From the NCBI GenBank assembly GCA_963788655.1, contig CAWBHS010000059.1, positions 32,001 through 96,000 of the forward strand: a stretch of DNA of 64,000 bases, in the 5' to 3' direction. Within the stretch, counting starts at the first letter, position 1. Every line of letters begins with the position of its first letter. This DNA comes from an uncultured Verrucomicrobiae bacterium. GTDB lineage: Bacteria; Verrucomicrobiota; Verrucomicrobiia; Limisphaerales; JAFGQR01. Below, piece after piece: positions 1 to 10,578 of the stretch. Under the pieces are notes generated by a model. That model did not search any database, was not told the origin of the DNA, and saw only the letters and a list, made by a program, of their open reading frames with translations. Position numbers and translations under genes: made by a program.

Positions 1-541
1 TGTCGTTCTCAGCTTGGTGAACGGACAGGGCGTGACTGAACATGGCGGCGCCTTCGACGTTCAGCGTGGCGTCATTGGCGACCATGCGACCGAACAGGGC
101 GATGTCAGCGGCATCCAATCGCGAGGCTTTGCGGCAAGCCTTTTTGGGGTCTTCGCCGCCGGCGACTGCGGTCGCGATTTGATCGATTTCGCCCGGTGAC
201 AAATAGACGGCGGTCGTGACTTGCTCGGGATTTTTGCTATCGGGCTTGGAAAACTTCTCCAAGATTTCCGTGGCCTTGGCGGTTGCGACTTTTTCGTCCA
301 AGCCTTTAGCTTTGAGTGCGGTGGTGAACGGCTCGAGCAGAATACGGCTGCGAATGCCGGCAAACAAAGGATCGGGCTCCAGTTCGCGGGCCAGCAGCCG
401 CACGGCGCGCTTCAAACACTGGCTGGACAGACGGGCCCGATTGACGCCGCCGAACACGGCGCTTTTGGGCGCGCCAACGTCGTCACGGTTCAAGCAGGAG
501 ACGGGGAAGGATTGGAGAATATGGAGTTCGATGAGTTTCAT
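1..541 (-). CDS. cas7e: Type I-E CRISPR Cas7 (Cse4/CasC), 3' end runs off window
   Basis: Manual translation from ATG at 541 gives MKLIELHILQSFPVSCLNRDDVGAPKSAVFGGVNRARLSSQCLKRA...DIALFGRMVA, with the hallmark Cas7e motifs LNRDD, RARLSSQ and ALFGRM. It is absent from the ORF track because there is no stop in the window. Confidence 0.95.
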   Translation of the reverse strand, partial: MKLIELHILQSFPVSCLNRDDVGAPKSAVFGGVNRARLSSQCLKRAVRLLARELEPDPLFAGIRSRILLEPFTTALKAKGLDEKVATAKATEILEKFSKPDSKNPEQVTTAVYLSPGEIDQIATAVAGGEDPKKACRKASRLDAADIALFGRMVANDATLNVEGAAMFSHALSVHQAEND

Positions 542-612
542 GCGATTGGTTGGTGGTTATTAGTTAGGTGTTGAGAGTTGAAACATGCGAGGGGGAGCGA
601 TAGCTTTTGCCC

Positions 613-819
613 ATGAGCACGGTAAAAGAAATCGAAGCTGCCATTGAAAAACTGCCCCGCCAAGAATTGTGGCAGTTGAAGGCGCATTTGGACTGCCGCT
701 GCGAAGCGGAATGGGACGCGCAAATTGAAGAGGATGCACGGCCGGACGGTCCGTTGGACAATCTAGCACAGGAAGCCATCGCTGAATTCAAGGCGGGCCG
801 CTGCACTCCGTTGCCGTGA
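613..819 (+). CDS. Putative antitoxin (small acidic protein paired with ParE/RelE-like toxin)
   Basis: MSTVKEIEAAIEKLP...EWDAQIEEDA...LDNLAQEAIAEFKAGRCTPL; its stop overlaps the GTG start of the next gene (GTGA). Confidence 0.75.
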   Translation: MSTVKEIEAAIEKLPRQELWQLKAHLDCRCEAEWDAQIEEDARPDGPLDNLAQEAIAEFKAGRCTPLP

Positions 820-1077
820 GGCACGCCACCACACCGGATTTCTGGAGGCACTATCGGTTGCTGCCGTCTAACATTCGGCGGTTGGCGCGCAAGAACTACC
901 GGCTGCTGCGGGAGAATCCCCAGCATCCGAGCCTGCACTTCAAGCCGGTAGGGCCGCATACCTGGTCGGCTCGTGTCGGAATTAAATATCGGGCGTTGGC
1001 GGCCCAGTCCGGGGCGAACTTCATCTGGTTTTGGATTGGGTACTCATGACGAATACGAGCGCTTAATCGGCGGCTGA
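816..1077 (+). CDS. ParE/RelE-like toxin (1-nt frameshift near 1040)
   Basis: Motifs FWRHYRLLP, NPQHPSLHFK, WSARVGIKYRALA and WFWIG. The family-typical tail THDEYERLI lies in the +1 frame and ends at TGA 1075-1077. Confidence 0.8.
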
Positions 1078-1719
1078 AAGCGGCGCCAACGCCAGCAGGC
1101 CGAAGCCGAACGACTTGGCGGAACCGATGCCGTGGGAAAACGCTTCGAGGAACTTGGCGCGGTCGGACACGGTCAACACGCCTTTGAATTCCATGCCCTG
1201 CAACACGCCGTGCATGGCTTTGGCCGCCGAACCGTTTCCCGGCTTGAAGAAGCGTTCCTTACGCGCCGGATGAATGCGCAGCTTGGCGGTGTCCACTTGG
1301 AAGCCCCCAGCGTCAGCTTTCCGCGCCAGCCAGGCTTCGAGGGCTTCACGCTGCGTCAGCGGCACGCGGACGCCATTCTTTTTGCGCGTGCCATCCGGAA
1401 GATCCACACGCAATTTGCGGGTCGGGTTCGCCCGCAACTGGAAGGCGTATTGGCGGTGATCAAAGAAATCCTCCGGGATCGACTTGGTTTCCCAGGTATC
1501 GGTCGGACACCAATCCGGTCGGGCCGGTGCGTCAGAGGACAACAGCAACAGTTGAAAGCCCCGGTCTTGCACATCCAGGCGCGTGAGAAAATCGCGAGGC
1601 GCATCGTCACGTCCAGGAAATGCTTCCCACACGGCTTGGTGCCAGCGGTAGGCGTCGCGCAGACCGCGTTTGAAGGCCAGTTCGTAATCGACAAAAGCGC
1701 GGGAGAGAAACTGCGTCAT
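1063..1719 (-). CDS. cas6e: Type I-E Cas6e (Cse3/CasE)
   Basis: YRWHQAVW, FQLRANPTR and the C-terminal G-loop GIGSAKSFGFGLL; the ATG overlaps the cas11 stop. Confidence 0.95.
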   Translation of the reverse strand: MTQFLSRAFVDYELAFKRGLRDAYRWHQAVWEAFPGRDDAPRDFLTRLDVQDRGFQLLLLSSDAPARPDWCPTDTWETKSIPEDFFDHRQYAFQLRANPTRKLRVDLPDGTRKKNGVRVPLTQREALEAWLARKADAGGFQVDTAKLRIHPARKERFFKPGNGSAAKAMHGVLQGMEFKGVLTVSDRAKFLEAFSHGIGSAKSFGFGLLALAPLSAAD

Positions 1720-2264
1720 GGCGCGACCTCCATTTCCGCAGTGGGCGTTGGCTCGCTCTCGGGCAGTGCGGGCGCGCTCCAATACTCTCTCGCCCATTCC
1801 ACCAGAACCCGTTTTGGATTCGACGCAAACGCGCTCAGGTCATCGAACAACCGGGCATAGTCAATGGCTTTGCCCGAAGCCTTGGCCATTTTGGCGAGGT
1901 GCATGATTTGGTTGCACAAGTCGGGCTGCGTTTCACAGGCGAGCAGACGCCGGAACCGGCGTTCAAACGCCTCTTCACGTCCTTGCGCCAGATGCCGGCA
2001 GGTAACGCCGAAGTTGCCGATTGGCTGATGCTCGGGATGCAGCGCGTATAGCGCGCCGACCGTTTGGTACACCAACCGAAGCTTGGGCTCGAAGGCAAGC
2101 GAGCCGGCCAACGCGCCCAAAGCCGGCCAGGCTTGTGATTCGGTGGTGGGACTCAGCGCCCGGCGCAGTTCCGCCAGGCGGCCGCGATCTTTTTTCTCGG
2201 TCAGCTTAAGCAGCCGTTCGACGAACGACTGGGCCAATGGTGATGGTTCGGATGTTTTTTTCAT
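1716..2264 (-). CDS. cas11: Type I-E Cas11 (Cse2/CasB)
   Basis: DRGRLAELRRAL, FERRFRRLL, IDYARLFDDL and WAREYW; located between cas8e and cas6e. Confidence 0.9.
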   Translation of the reverse strand: MKKTSEPSPLAQSFVERLLKLTEKKDRGRLAELRRALSPTTESQAWPALGALAGSLAFEPKLRLVYQTVGALYALHPEHQPIGNFGVTCRHLAQGREEAFERRFRRLLACETQPDLCNQIMHLAKMAKASGKAIDYARLFDDLSAFASNPKRVLVEWAREYWSAPALPESEPTPTAEMEVAP

Positions 2265-3689
2265 GTAGATTCCTTGGGGGGTTTTGGCGGACGAAGTTTG
2301 CGCAGTCCGACGGCAAAAGCTTGAATCTGGCGGGGTGTTTCCCGGGCACACGCATATTGATAGGCTTCATGAGCAGCCCGGCGAACCGAACGTGTCCAAT
2401 CGACATCGGCTTGCCAAAAGTCTTTACCCTCCAGCAGTGCGACATTCTGGATCACTGCCATGAGCTCGGGCCAGTGCTGGTCCAACGCGTTCCAGTAATG
2501 GCGTTCGGCCCGAGCTCGATCCGGCGGAGCTTTCAACACGGCGGCACAGTCGCTGACCGCTTTGCCCAAGCGGTCACGCCAGGCATTGGCCAATTCGACG
2601 CCCCGTTCGTAAATGGGCTGCCGGTCTTCTAAAAGCAGTTCGCGCGGCACGTCGTAAACCGCTTCCACCGTGTCTTCGTATTTACCTTTGCCGTCGGTCA
2701 CGAGCGCGCCGAGCCAGATCCGTTGGAAGGGCGCGGGGTCAGGTCGCTGGAGAGGCAGCGGCCGGTTGCCTTTCAAATGCTGCCGCGCTTCCACGACATG
2801 CTGCAAGTCCCGCCAGGGTTGCTTGTTCAAGTCCGCGCGCAGGAGGTAGCGTTCCTCTTTGTCCTTTTTGGAAATGGTGAGCACCGTTGCTGCCGCTTCG
2901 CGGTATTCCTCGAACATTGGATGCGAAATGCCAGGCTTGGCCATTTCAAAGAAGAGCCCGTTCTCGTTCAGCCAAATCTGTCGGGTGACCGGGACCAATC
3001 GTCCAAGGAAACTCAACGTGACATTGTGGACGAAGTCTTTGTCATCGAAATCGATGGGAGCTTCCCACACGGGACGGCCAAATCCCTGCGGAAAAACTCG
3101 GCCAGCGGTTTCACGGTCCACCCCGTTGGCGAGGATGCTGTGCAGCAGGCTGTCACCCACGAGCCACGTTTGGAGAAAATGGCGGTCAAGGCACGGTGAC
3201 TTGCCAGTGTAACCTGCGCCAATGCTGGCGGACATGTTTTGAAAACTCAGCAACGCCAGCGCAAACTCGGCAGGTTCCAAATGCCGCGCCCCGCCGCCTT
3301 CGTGGTCAAACAGGGTAGGATTGTTCCCGCTGGCGCGATGGAACAGCATTTTGCTGGCTTCGAACTCGGACATGGCAGTGGCGCGGCACTGCAAGAACCG
3401 CGGCCCCGAGCCGAACAGTTCGAAAGCCGAGCGCCATTTCTCAAGATATGCCGCCGCCGCTTGCGGCAATTTATCCGCAGCTTCGTCCCAGCCCCATTCA
3501 TCGGCGGGGCCGTCCAAGGCTCGCTTGTGCCACGCAGACGAGCAGACGCATCAAGGCTATGCGTTCGTGCGGACGCACGGCCAGGTCGGCAATCCGGTCG
3601 CCCTCGCGAAACACGTCAGCGAGACTGATCAGACGGTTGGTTCCGTCGCGATAGGTGACTGGGATCCAAAGATCAAAACCAAGATTCAT
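2261..3689 (-). CDS. cas8e: Type I-E Cas8e (Cse1/CasA), frameshift near 3500-3520
   Basis: The N-terminal ORF 3498-3689 (WIPV...SLADVF...ERIALMRLL) continues in ORF 2261-3517 (YLEKWRSAFELFG.GPRFLQ, SGNNPTLFDH). Confidence 0.9.
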
Positions 3690-6282
3690 CGTCTTCTTCT
3701 TTCCATGCAGGTTCAGTTGGTTTGGCCACCCGAGCGATTTTCACTCCGGTGCTGGTTTGGTATTCGAGCGCAAAAGCCGGATCGCTGGCGGGAATGGAGA
3801 TGGCGCCGTCGTCAGGGTCGAGCACCCCAAAGACTGCCGTGCCTTTGAAATGCAGGCGAAGCCAGTCAGGTTGCGCCTCGGTCCCTAAAGCCGAACGGAT
3901 GGCGTAGAGCGGTAGCCGCACCGAATTACGGTGAATGGCCGCTGCCACCGGGAATCGCCATTCAAATGAACTGGCGGCAAGCGATTCACCATTAAGGAAA
4001 CGAAGGGCAACGTCGCCGTGGTTGGTGGGTTCCGGCGCCGCCGTCAGCAGCAGCAGGTTGCCGCTGGGAAAATCGTCCCACCGCGTTTGCACGCCTTCCT
4101 CGTCGCGAAGTTGAATGTTTTCGAAGATGTTGGTTCGGCTTACCGCCTTGTTTCGCATGGCAGCAATTTGTTTGGCCAATTCGCGGCGAAATGAAATCCA
4201 GCCGGGTGGTTCATCGTTTTCATTTTGCTCCGCATACGTCGCCTCCAATAGCGCGCGTATGTCATTCGGCAGCTTTACCGCTTGCCGGTGCTGCCACACC
4301 TCGAGCGAACGCAGCAGCACATAAGGCGCATAAACGCGCGCCGACTTGCCCAAGGCTGCTTTGATGGTTTTGGCTTCAGCCGTGACCGGAAACTCTGGGC
4401 GCAGAATCCACACTTCCGGATGGCTGCGAGGACGTTGTTCCCGCGGATGCCGCCACAGTCTGCCCAGGCGTTGCAGCAGCATGTCCGTCGGCGCGAGGTC
4501 GGTAATCAACAAGTCGGCATCAATGTCCACGCTTTGTTCCACGACCTGCGTGGCCACGAGAACGCAGCCGCGCGGGCGAGCGGCATTACCCTTTCTCAGC
4601 GCTGCCATCCATTTCGTTTCCTGCTGCTCGCGTTGGAACTGAGGGAAACGGCTGTGCAACAATCCGATTTCCGGGCCACCTTCGCGCCGGGTTCCGTTCA
4701 ATTGCTCGTAAAGCGTCTGCGCTTCGGCGACAGTATTCTTGATTAACAGCACACAAGCCCCGGCCTCGGCGGCGGCGCAGATGGGTTCCAGCAGTTCCGC
4801 ATTCTCTTGCGGACGGCAAGAAACCTGAACGGTGCGATGTGAGTCTCTGGAGGTTTCCGCAGAATGTGATTCAACTTCTCCTCGTTCGTTCACCAGGCTG
4901 ACCAACGGGTAGGCATCCGTTGGCGACACGGATTTGGCACCGGCGAGCGCCAGCAGTTCCGTTCGTCGTTGAGCCGTGAGCGTGGCGGATAATATGATGA
5001 CTGTGCATCGCAAGGCCAGCAGCCGCTCAATCAGCCTATCCATGACCGAACCGGTGTAAGCATCGTAGGAATGAACCTCGTCGAGAATGACGACCTTGCC
5101 CGCCAAGCCAAACAATCGAACGGCCAGATATTTGGCTGCCACGGCTCCCAGCAGCGCCTGGTCAATGGTCCCGACTCCGTAGCGGGCCAGCAGTGCCTGT
5201 CGCGAAGACGCAAACCAGGAACGGCCTTGCTCAGCATGCTCATTGGCCTCGGCATCCGCTGCGGCCGGCAACAGCCGAATTTGCAAGTCTTGCTGGAGCC
5301 AGGAATTGGCGTGCGCCAGGGGATGGTCGGTTTCCTCGGCCAGCGCGTTGCGAAGGAAAGCCTCCACGCGCTCGTGGATGCGATTGCTCGTCAATTGCGT
5401 CGGCAGCGCGAAATACACGCCATGGTTTTGGCCGTTCGCAATCAACCGATAGGCAGCGGCCAAGGCGGCTTCCGTTTTTCCGCAACCCATCGGCGCTTCG
5501 ATTATGTAAAGGCCGGGTTGTCGGATGGTCTCCAGGCACACCTGCTGGAGCGAATTGGCCTCAAACCGCGGAGAATCGCCATCCGCAAAGAGTTCTCCGA
5601 ACTCCACTCCCAAACGCAATGCACCTTTGCCCCAGCGAATGGTCCGCAGCGCCGACTCGGCGAGCTTGGCGGATTTCTCCGGTGTGTAAGTCGTCCCGAG
5701 CGGGAAGAAGAATTCGTTGGATCCCAACCAATCGCTCACGGTGATCCACCCGGCTACCAGCAGCAATTGCTCGTCAGATTCGGGAGGCAACTCGGGCAAC
5801 GATCCGAATAGGCCCGTCAACCAAGTGAACAACTTTTCTCGCTCTGGTTGGAGCCCGGTTGCTTCGATTTCCTTCCGGCCAACAGGGCCTTGCCCCAGAA
5901 ACCGTCCGTGGTGACCGCCCACCGCCACGGCCCAATTTTGAATTTTGCCGCGAGGAAGCTTCCTGACGAAGAAGTTCTGGCTGACGGCGGCATGGTTGCT
6001 TTCCGAAAACTGCCAACCCGACGCAATCGCTTCCTCCGCCAGCCCATTTTCCACCAGCCAGTCCGGGCATTTGCGCAAGAACCCAACCGTGATTTTTCCT
6101 ATGTCGTGGCCGGCGGCAAGAATGGAGCATCCCGGCGGCAGTATCCGCCTTACAGATTCTGGCAAGCAGGAGCGTATCGCCTCCCCCACGCACCCCACAT
6201 TGAGACAGTGATCCTGCACGCTGAGGCCGGGCTTGCCGTCTGGCGTGGTTTTCGCCCAAAAATGAATTCCTTCCCAGTTCAT
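3673..6282 (-). CDS. cas3: Cas3 HD nuclease-SF2 helicase
   Basis: HDIGK, HHG, SDW, Walker A APMGCGKT, DEVH, SAT, LHSRF and QRLGRLWRH. Confidence 0.97.
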   Translation of the reverse strand: MNWEGIHFWAKTTPDGKPGLSVQDHCLNVGCVGEAIRSCLPESVRRILPPGCSILAAGHDIGKITVGFLRKCPDWLVENGLAEEAIASGWQFSESNHAAVSQNFFVRKLPRGKIQNWAVAVGGHHGRFLGQGPVGRKEIEATGLQPEREKLFTWLTGLFGSLPELPPESDEQLLLVAGWITVSDWLGSNEFFFPLGTTYTPEKSAKLAESALRTIRWGKGALRLGVEFGELFADGDSPRFEANSLQQVCLETIRQPGLYIIEAPMGCGKTEAALAAAYRLIANGQNHGVYFALPTQLTSNRIHERVEAFLRNALAEETDHPLAHANSWLQQDLQIRLLPAAADAEANEHAEQGRSWFASSRQALLARYGVGTIDQALLGAVAAKYLAVRLFGLAGKVVILDEVHSYDAYTGSVMDRLIERLLALRCTVIILSATLTAQRRTELLALAGAKSVSPTDAYPLVSLVNERGEVESHSAETSRDSHRTVQVSCRPQENAELLEPICAAAEAGACVLLIKNTVAEAQTLYEQLNGTRREGGPEIGLLHSRFPQFQREQQETKWMAALRKGNAARPRGCVLVATQVVEQSVDIDADLLITDLAPTDMLLQRLGRLWRHPREQRPRSHPEVWILRPEFPVTAEAKTIKAALGKSARVYAPYVLLRSLEVWQHRQAVKLPNDIRALLEATYAEQNENDEPPGWISFRRELAKQIAAMRNKAVSRTNIFENIQLRDEEGVQTRWDDFPSGNLLLLTAAPEPTNHGDVALRFLNGESLAASSFEWRFPVAAAIHRNSVRLPLYAIRSALGTEAQPDWLRLHFKGTAVFGVLDPDDGAISIPASDPAFALEYQTSTGVKIARVAKPTEPAWKEEDDESWF

Positions 6283-6435
6283 TGCTCCTGGATGAAGGGA
6301 AGGTTATGCCGGAGACCGCTTCCGGTTCAATATAAAAACCGGCAACGGGATTAGCGCCAGTTGGCGTCGCGTTAACAAGCCAACAACCGGCCCTGGTTTC
6401 CAACCGGTGCTCAAGCCATTCGAATGCTCCAGACT

Positions 6436-6880
6436 GGTTGGCGAGGCGTCAACCACTGCGCCCGGGGCGGGCGCGCTCCCTACTGGATTGTTGCTTTGTC
6501 CTCGACGAAATCGGGAGCAAGCTCCGGCACCGTTCACGCATTCGTCTCTGCGATTGGCGGCGGCTGACAGCGGCGCTTGCGGATGCCGCCAGCATGGAGT
6601 GCGTGCGGGGCTCCGCCGCTTTCGAACCTCACGTGCGAGCCGAGACCAACCGCCGCGTCCGATAACCTTGTCCCGTCGCTCTGGATGCGAAAGCGCCGGC
6701 AAGCCGGACGCACTCCAAACGCTGGCGCGATCTTGGCAAGGCCCCGAACTTCGCGAAGCGCTTGGAGTGCGTGGGGCTTGCTCCCGCTTTCGTTGTTGGC
6801 GAGGCGTCCTAAGTTCTGGACGGATCCGGAGTCGGCCAACGCCCAGCGGGCTAAAAGTCCGCGCTACCCCAAACCGCGAC
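6436..6880. repeat. Cluster of REP-like palindromic elements
   Basis: ggttggcgaggcgtcaacc...gcgcccggggcgggcgcgctccc at 6436-6480 (recurs in 11.8-12.6 kb and at 15791). aaagcgccggcaagccggacgcactccaaacgct at 6690, with an inverted copy at ~6758-6790 (recurs at 9630-9770 and 38995-39140). Confidence 0.8.
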
Positions 6881-7098
6881 GCATCCGAGCACGAAGCCTG
6901 GCGCAACGGAGCAGTGTTTCCGCCACCGATCTTCATCCACCCTTTCACTTCGTCATCCAGCATCCGGTATCGGGCATCCTTCGCCCCGTAACCTTATGCT
7001 TGAATTCGGACACCACCCGCGGATTAATCTCAATTCATGACCGCCGTGCATTGCCACCAATCGGAACTCATTCCGAATGCCTCAACCCAAGTGCAACC

Positions 7099-9585
7099 AT
7101 GAAACATCTCGTTCTCTGCTTCGCCGGACTGTTCAGCCTGGGCTTGCTCGCGTTTCCTTTGTTGGCTGCGGACGAAATCCCGGCCCATCGCGCCAAGCAG
7201 ATTTATGACGCCGCGCCGGCGAAAGCGCGCGTCGCTCCCCAACAAGCACGCCGGGTGCTCATCTGGATCACGCCGGTCCACCTGATGCCCAAAGACCCGC
7301 ACAAGGGCTATTGCATTCCTTACGGCACCTGCGCGATGGAGACGTTGGGCAAGAAGACCGGCGCCTTCGAACCGGTGGTCAGCGACGACCTCGCCATGTT
7401 CCTGCCGGAAACCATCCGCCAGTTCGACGCGATGGTGATGAACAACAGCTCCGGCTCCTGGATCACGCCCACTGATGACGACCTGGCCAAAGAGAGCTTT
7501 CGCCAACAGGGCGCCGACCAGGCCGCAGTGGAACAAGTGCTGCGGAAGAGCCTGTTGGATTATGTGCGGAACGGCGGCGGCATTGTGGCCTACCACTATG
7601 CCATCGGGGCCAACCGGCAATGGCCTGAGTTTCACGAACTGCTGGGCGGCACGTTCATCGGGCATCCGTGGAATGAGGAAGTGGGCGTCACCGTCGAAGA
7701 ACCGGACCATCCGCTGGTGGCCGCATTCGGGGGAAAAGATTTTCGGCTGGCCGACGAAATTTTCCATTTTGGCGATCCGTACAATCGCGCAAGGCAACGC
7801 GTGCTCCTGTCGCTTGATCCGGAGCGCACCAACATGGGCGTGAAATGGATCGATCGCACGGACAACGATTTCGCGTTGGCCTGGGTAAAGTCGTACGGCA
7901 AAGGCCGCGTTTTCTACACGTCGTTTGGCCATCGGACGGAACTCTATTGGAACCCGATGATTCTCCAGTTCTATCTCGACGCCATTCAATTTGCGACCGG
8001 CGACCTGCCCGCGCCCACGGCGCCGCGCCCGGGCCGTCCGATCAAGCGCGCACCGGGGCCGACGCCGCCGGAAATTCGGGCCGCGAAAATGAAGGCGAAA
8101 AACATCACCGAACCAACCACCGAGCAGCGGCAACTAATCGAAGCCGCCGCGCCCGCCACTGCGCCAGCGCGCCCGGCCAAGCCGCGAAGGGTTTTGGTGT
8201 GGGGCCACCGTTGGACGCACGAGCCCAATCCATTTGCCGAAGCCGCCTTGACCATCCTGGGCCAGAAAACCGGCGCCTTCGAAACCACGATCAGCGACGA
8301 TCCCCGGCTGTTGCTGGGCGACCGGTTGCCGCGATTTGATGCGCTGGTGATGAACAACCTGCACGAACGCGATCCGTGGTTGCCGGAGAATTTCACCACG
8401 CTTCCGACCGAACAACAAACGGCGGCGACGCAGTTCGATGCAGCGGTAAAGCAGAGCATTCTGGACTACGCGCGCAGCGGCAAAGGCATTGTGGGCCTGC
8501 ACGCCGCCATCGCCGCCTTGCCGGACTGGCCCGAATACGGCGAGATGATGGGTGCCTATTATGGTGGGCATCTGTTCGCGGAGGTGCCGATCAAACTCGA
8601 TGATCCGGCGCATCCGGTGAATGCCGGTTTCCGCGGTCAACCGTGGCGCATCAAGGACGAGATTTACATTCCCCGCGCGCCGTATTCGCGCCAGAACCTG
8701 CGCGTCTTGCAGAGTCTGGATTTAAGTCGAATGGCTGATCCGGGCAAGCGCGCGGACCAAGATTATCCGGTATCTTGGGTTCGGCAATTCGGCCAGGGGC
8801 GGGTCTTTTACACCACGCTTGGGCACGCCACCGAAACCTACGCGAATCCGCTGTTCCTCGAGCACCTGTTGGCCGGAATCCAATTCGCCATCGGTGACTT
8901 GCCGGGCGAAACGGCACCGTTGTCCGCCGGCAACCCGGACGCCGAACCCGGCTTCGTCCGCATCTTCAATGGTAAAGATTTAGGCGGATGGGACGGCGAC
9001 CGGGCGATATGGTCAGTTCGTAACGGAGCGATTACCGGTCAAACCACCGCCGAAGCGCGCGTCCGGGAAAACAACTTCCTCATTTGGCAGGGCGGGCAAC
9101 CGGCGGACTTTGAGTTGCGTCTCAAATTCAAGCTGGTTGGCGGCAATTCCGGCATTTACTTCCACTCGGAGAAACGCGCGCCGGGCGCCCAAGGCGAAGC
9201 GCTGGTGGGGCCGCAGGCTGACTTCTCCGCCGACCACCGTTGGACCGGCGTGCTCATGGAATACACCAAGCGCGATATCCTCGCCGAACGCGGCCAGCGG
9301 GTGGAGATTGACGCGCATGGCAAGAAACACATCATCGGCTCGGTGGGCGATCCGGCGGAATTGCTGAAGGCGGTCAAGGATGAAGCTTGGAATGATTACA
9401 CCGTTATCGTCCGCCAGGGATTGGTGAAGCTGCAAATCAACGGCGTCACCATGTGCGAAGTGACGGACAACGATCCACGCCGCACGCCCGCCGGTTACCT
9501 GGCGTTGCAAGTTCACGTCGGTCCGCCAATGACCGTTCAGTTCAAGGACATTCGGATCAAGCTGTTCTCAGAAAGTCGGCGCTGA
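7099..9585 (+). CDS. Secreted protein with two ThuA-like (glutamine amidotransferase fold) domains plus DUF1080 (3-keto-disaccharide hydrolase-like) domain
   Basis: Signal peptide MKHLVLCFAGLFSLGLLAFPLLA; repeated YGKGRVFYTSFGH / FGQGRVFYTTLGH; C-terminal IFNGKDLGGWDG...NSGI...WNDY...LQVH. Confidence 0.85.
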   Translation: MKHLVLCFAGLFSLGLLAFPLLAADEIPAHRAKQIYDAAPAKARVAPQQARRVLIWITPVHLMPKDPHKGYCIPYGTCAMETLGKKTGAFEPVVSDDLAMFLPETIRQFDAMVMNNSSGSWITPTDDDLAKESFRQQGADQAAVEQVLRKSLLDYVRNGGGIVAYHYAIGANRQWPEFHELLGGTFIGHPWNEEVGVTVEEPDHPLVAAFGGKDFRLADEIFHFGDPYNRARQRVLLSLDPERTNMGVKWIDRTDNDFALAWVKSYGKGRVFYTSFGHRTELYWNPMILQFYLDAIQFATGDLPAPTAPRPGRPIKRAPGPTPPEIRAAKMKAKNITEPTTEQRQLIEAAAPATAPARPAKPRRVLVWGHRWTHEPNPFAEAALTILGQKTGAFETTISDDPRLLLGDRLPRFDALVMNNLHERDPWLPENFTTLPTEQQTAATQFDAAVKQSILDYARSGKGIVGLHAAIAALPDWPEYGEMMGAYYGGHLFAEVPIKLDDPAHPVNAGFRGQPWRIKDEIYIPRAPYSRQNLRVLQSLDLSRMADPGKRADQDYPVSWVRQFGQGRVFYTTLGHATETYANPLFLEHLLAGIQFAIGDLPGETAPLSAGNPDAEPGFVRIFNGKDLGGWDGDRAIWSVRNGAITGQTTAEARVRENNFLIWQGGQPADFELRLKFKLVGGNSGIYFHSEKRAPGAQGEALVGPQADFSADHRWTGVLMEYTKRDILAERGQRVEIDAHGKKHIIGSVGDPAELLKAVKDEAWNDYTVIVRQGLVKLQINGVTMCEVTDNDPRRTPAGYLALQVHVGPPMTVQFKDIRIKLFSESRR

Positions 9586-9599
9586 TACTGGATGCCGGA

Positions 9600-9870
9600 T
9601 TCCGGATACCAAGATCCACCGCATGTCGCGCCAGCATTGGGAGTGCGTGGAGCTTGCTCCCGCTTTCGCATGGGGTGGGACGTGCAAAGACCGGAGCAGC
9701 GCACTCAAGAGTCTGATCGTTGTTTCCTTTCGAAAGCGCCGGCAAGCCGGTCGCACTCCAAACGCTGGCGCGACTGGCGGCAGGTTTGTCTTAACGTTAG
9801 GCGCTTGGCTTTGTTCAAACCCTCCGTTCCAAACTCCCGGCAAGATGCCGGCAGCACGCTGGCGCGACTG
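9600..9870. repeat. REP-like inverted pair plus ccggcaagatgccggcagcac element
   Basis: Same families as at 6690-6790 and 11648. Confidence 0.75.
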
Positions 9871-9909
9871 ACTGCCAGCCGTTCCCAAACCAGGCCAATC
9901 CCCGGCTGA

Positions 9910-10396
9910 TCATCCCCGGTTCAAGGTCCAGATCGCCGCGTTGAGGGCAGCGGCGAAGGTCACCCAACCGAGGTACGGCGCCATCAGCCAAGCGGCCAGA
10001 CCATCGATGCGTTCGAAGGCCCTGGTGGTGGCAACGATTGCCAACCATAGACACACCAATTCCGCAAACGCCCAGCCCGGCTGATGAAGCCCGAAGAACA
10101 GGAATGTCCACCCGGCATTCAACAACAATTGCAGGAGGAAGAGCCCGAGCGGACGCCACGCCGGCAGAAAGCCTTTGCGTCTCCAAACCCGCCAGGCGGC
10201 GATGGCCATCATCACGTAGAGGGCGGTCCACACGGGCGCAAAAATCCAGTTCGGTGGATTCCACGCCGGCTTGCGCAGTTGCGCGTACCCACTCCCCCGG
10301 CGGGAACAACGCGCCTCCCAGCGAGGCGGCGAAACAAAGCGCCAACCAGACCATCAGGCCAACGACATTCCGGGTGCGCCGCTTCGATTTACTCAC
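9910..10396 (-). CDS. tspO: TspO/MBR tryptophan-rich sensory protein (frameshift near 10290)
   Basis: PGEW..LRKPAWNPPNWIFAPVWTALY, QLLLNAGWTFLFFG and PYLGWVTFAAALN. Confidence 0.9.
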
Positions 10397-10578
10397 AATA
10401 GAACTTGGGAGGTCACGAGTTCACCATCGAACGCAGCCCGTCTGCTGCCGGCATCTGGGAGCGAGATTCAAAAGTCCTGAAGTTGGTAGCCACCGACGTA
10501 AGGAGGTGGATCTTTCAGGTGTTTGACGCGGGCATCTCCGCCTCTTCACGGCGGCGGCGACACTCACTCAACGAGCCC

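Noticed and set aside
6283..6435. crRNA-like mini-repeat (CreA-type) upstream of cas3
   Set aside because: I could not identify any I-E repeat-like sequence, and the cognate repeat is not in the window for comparison.
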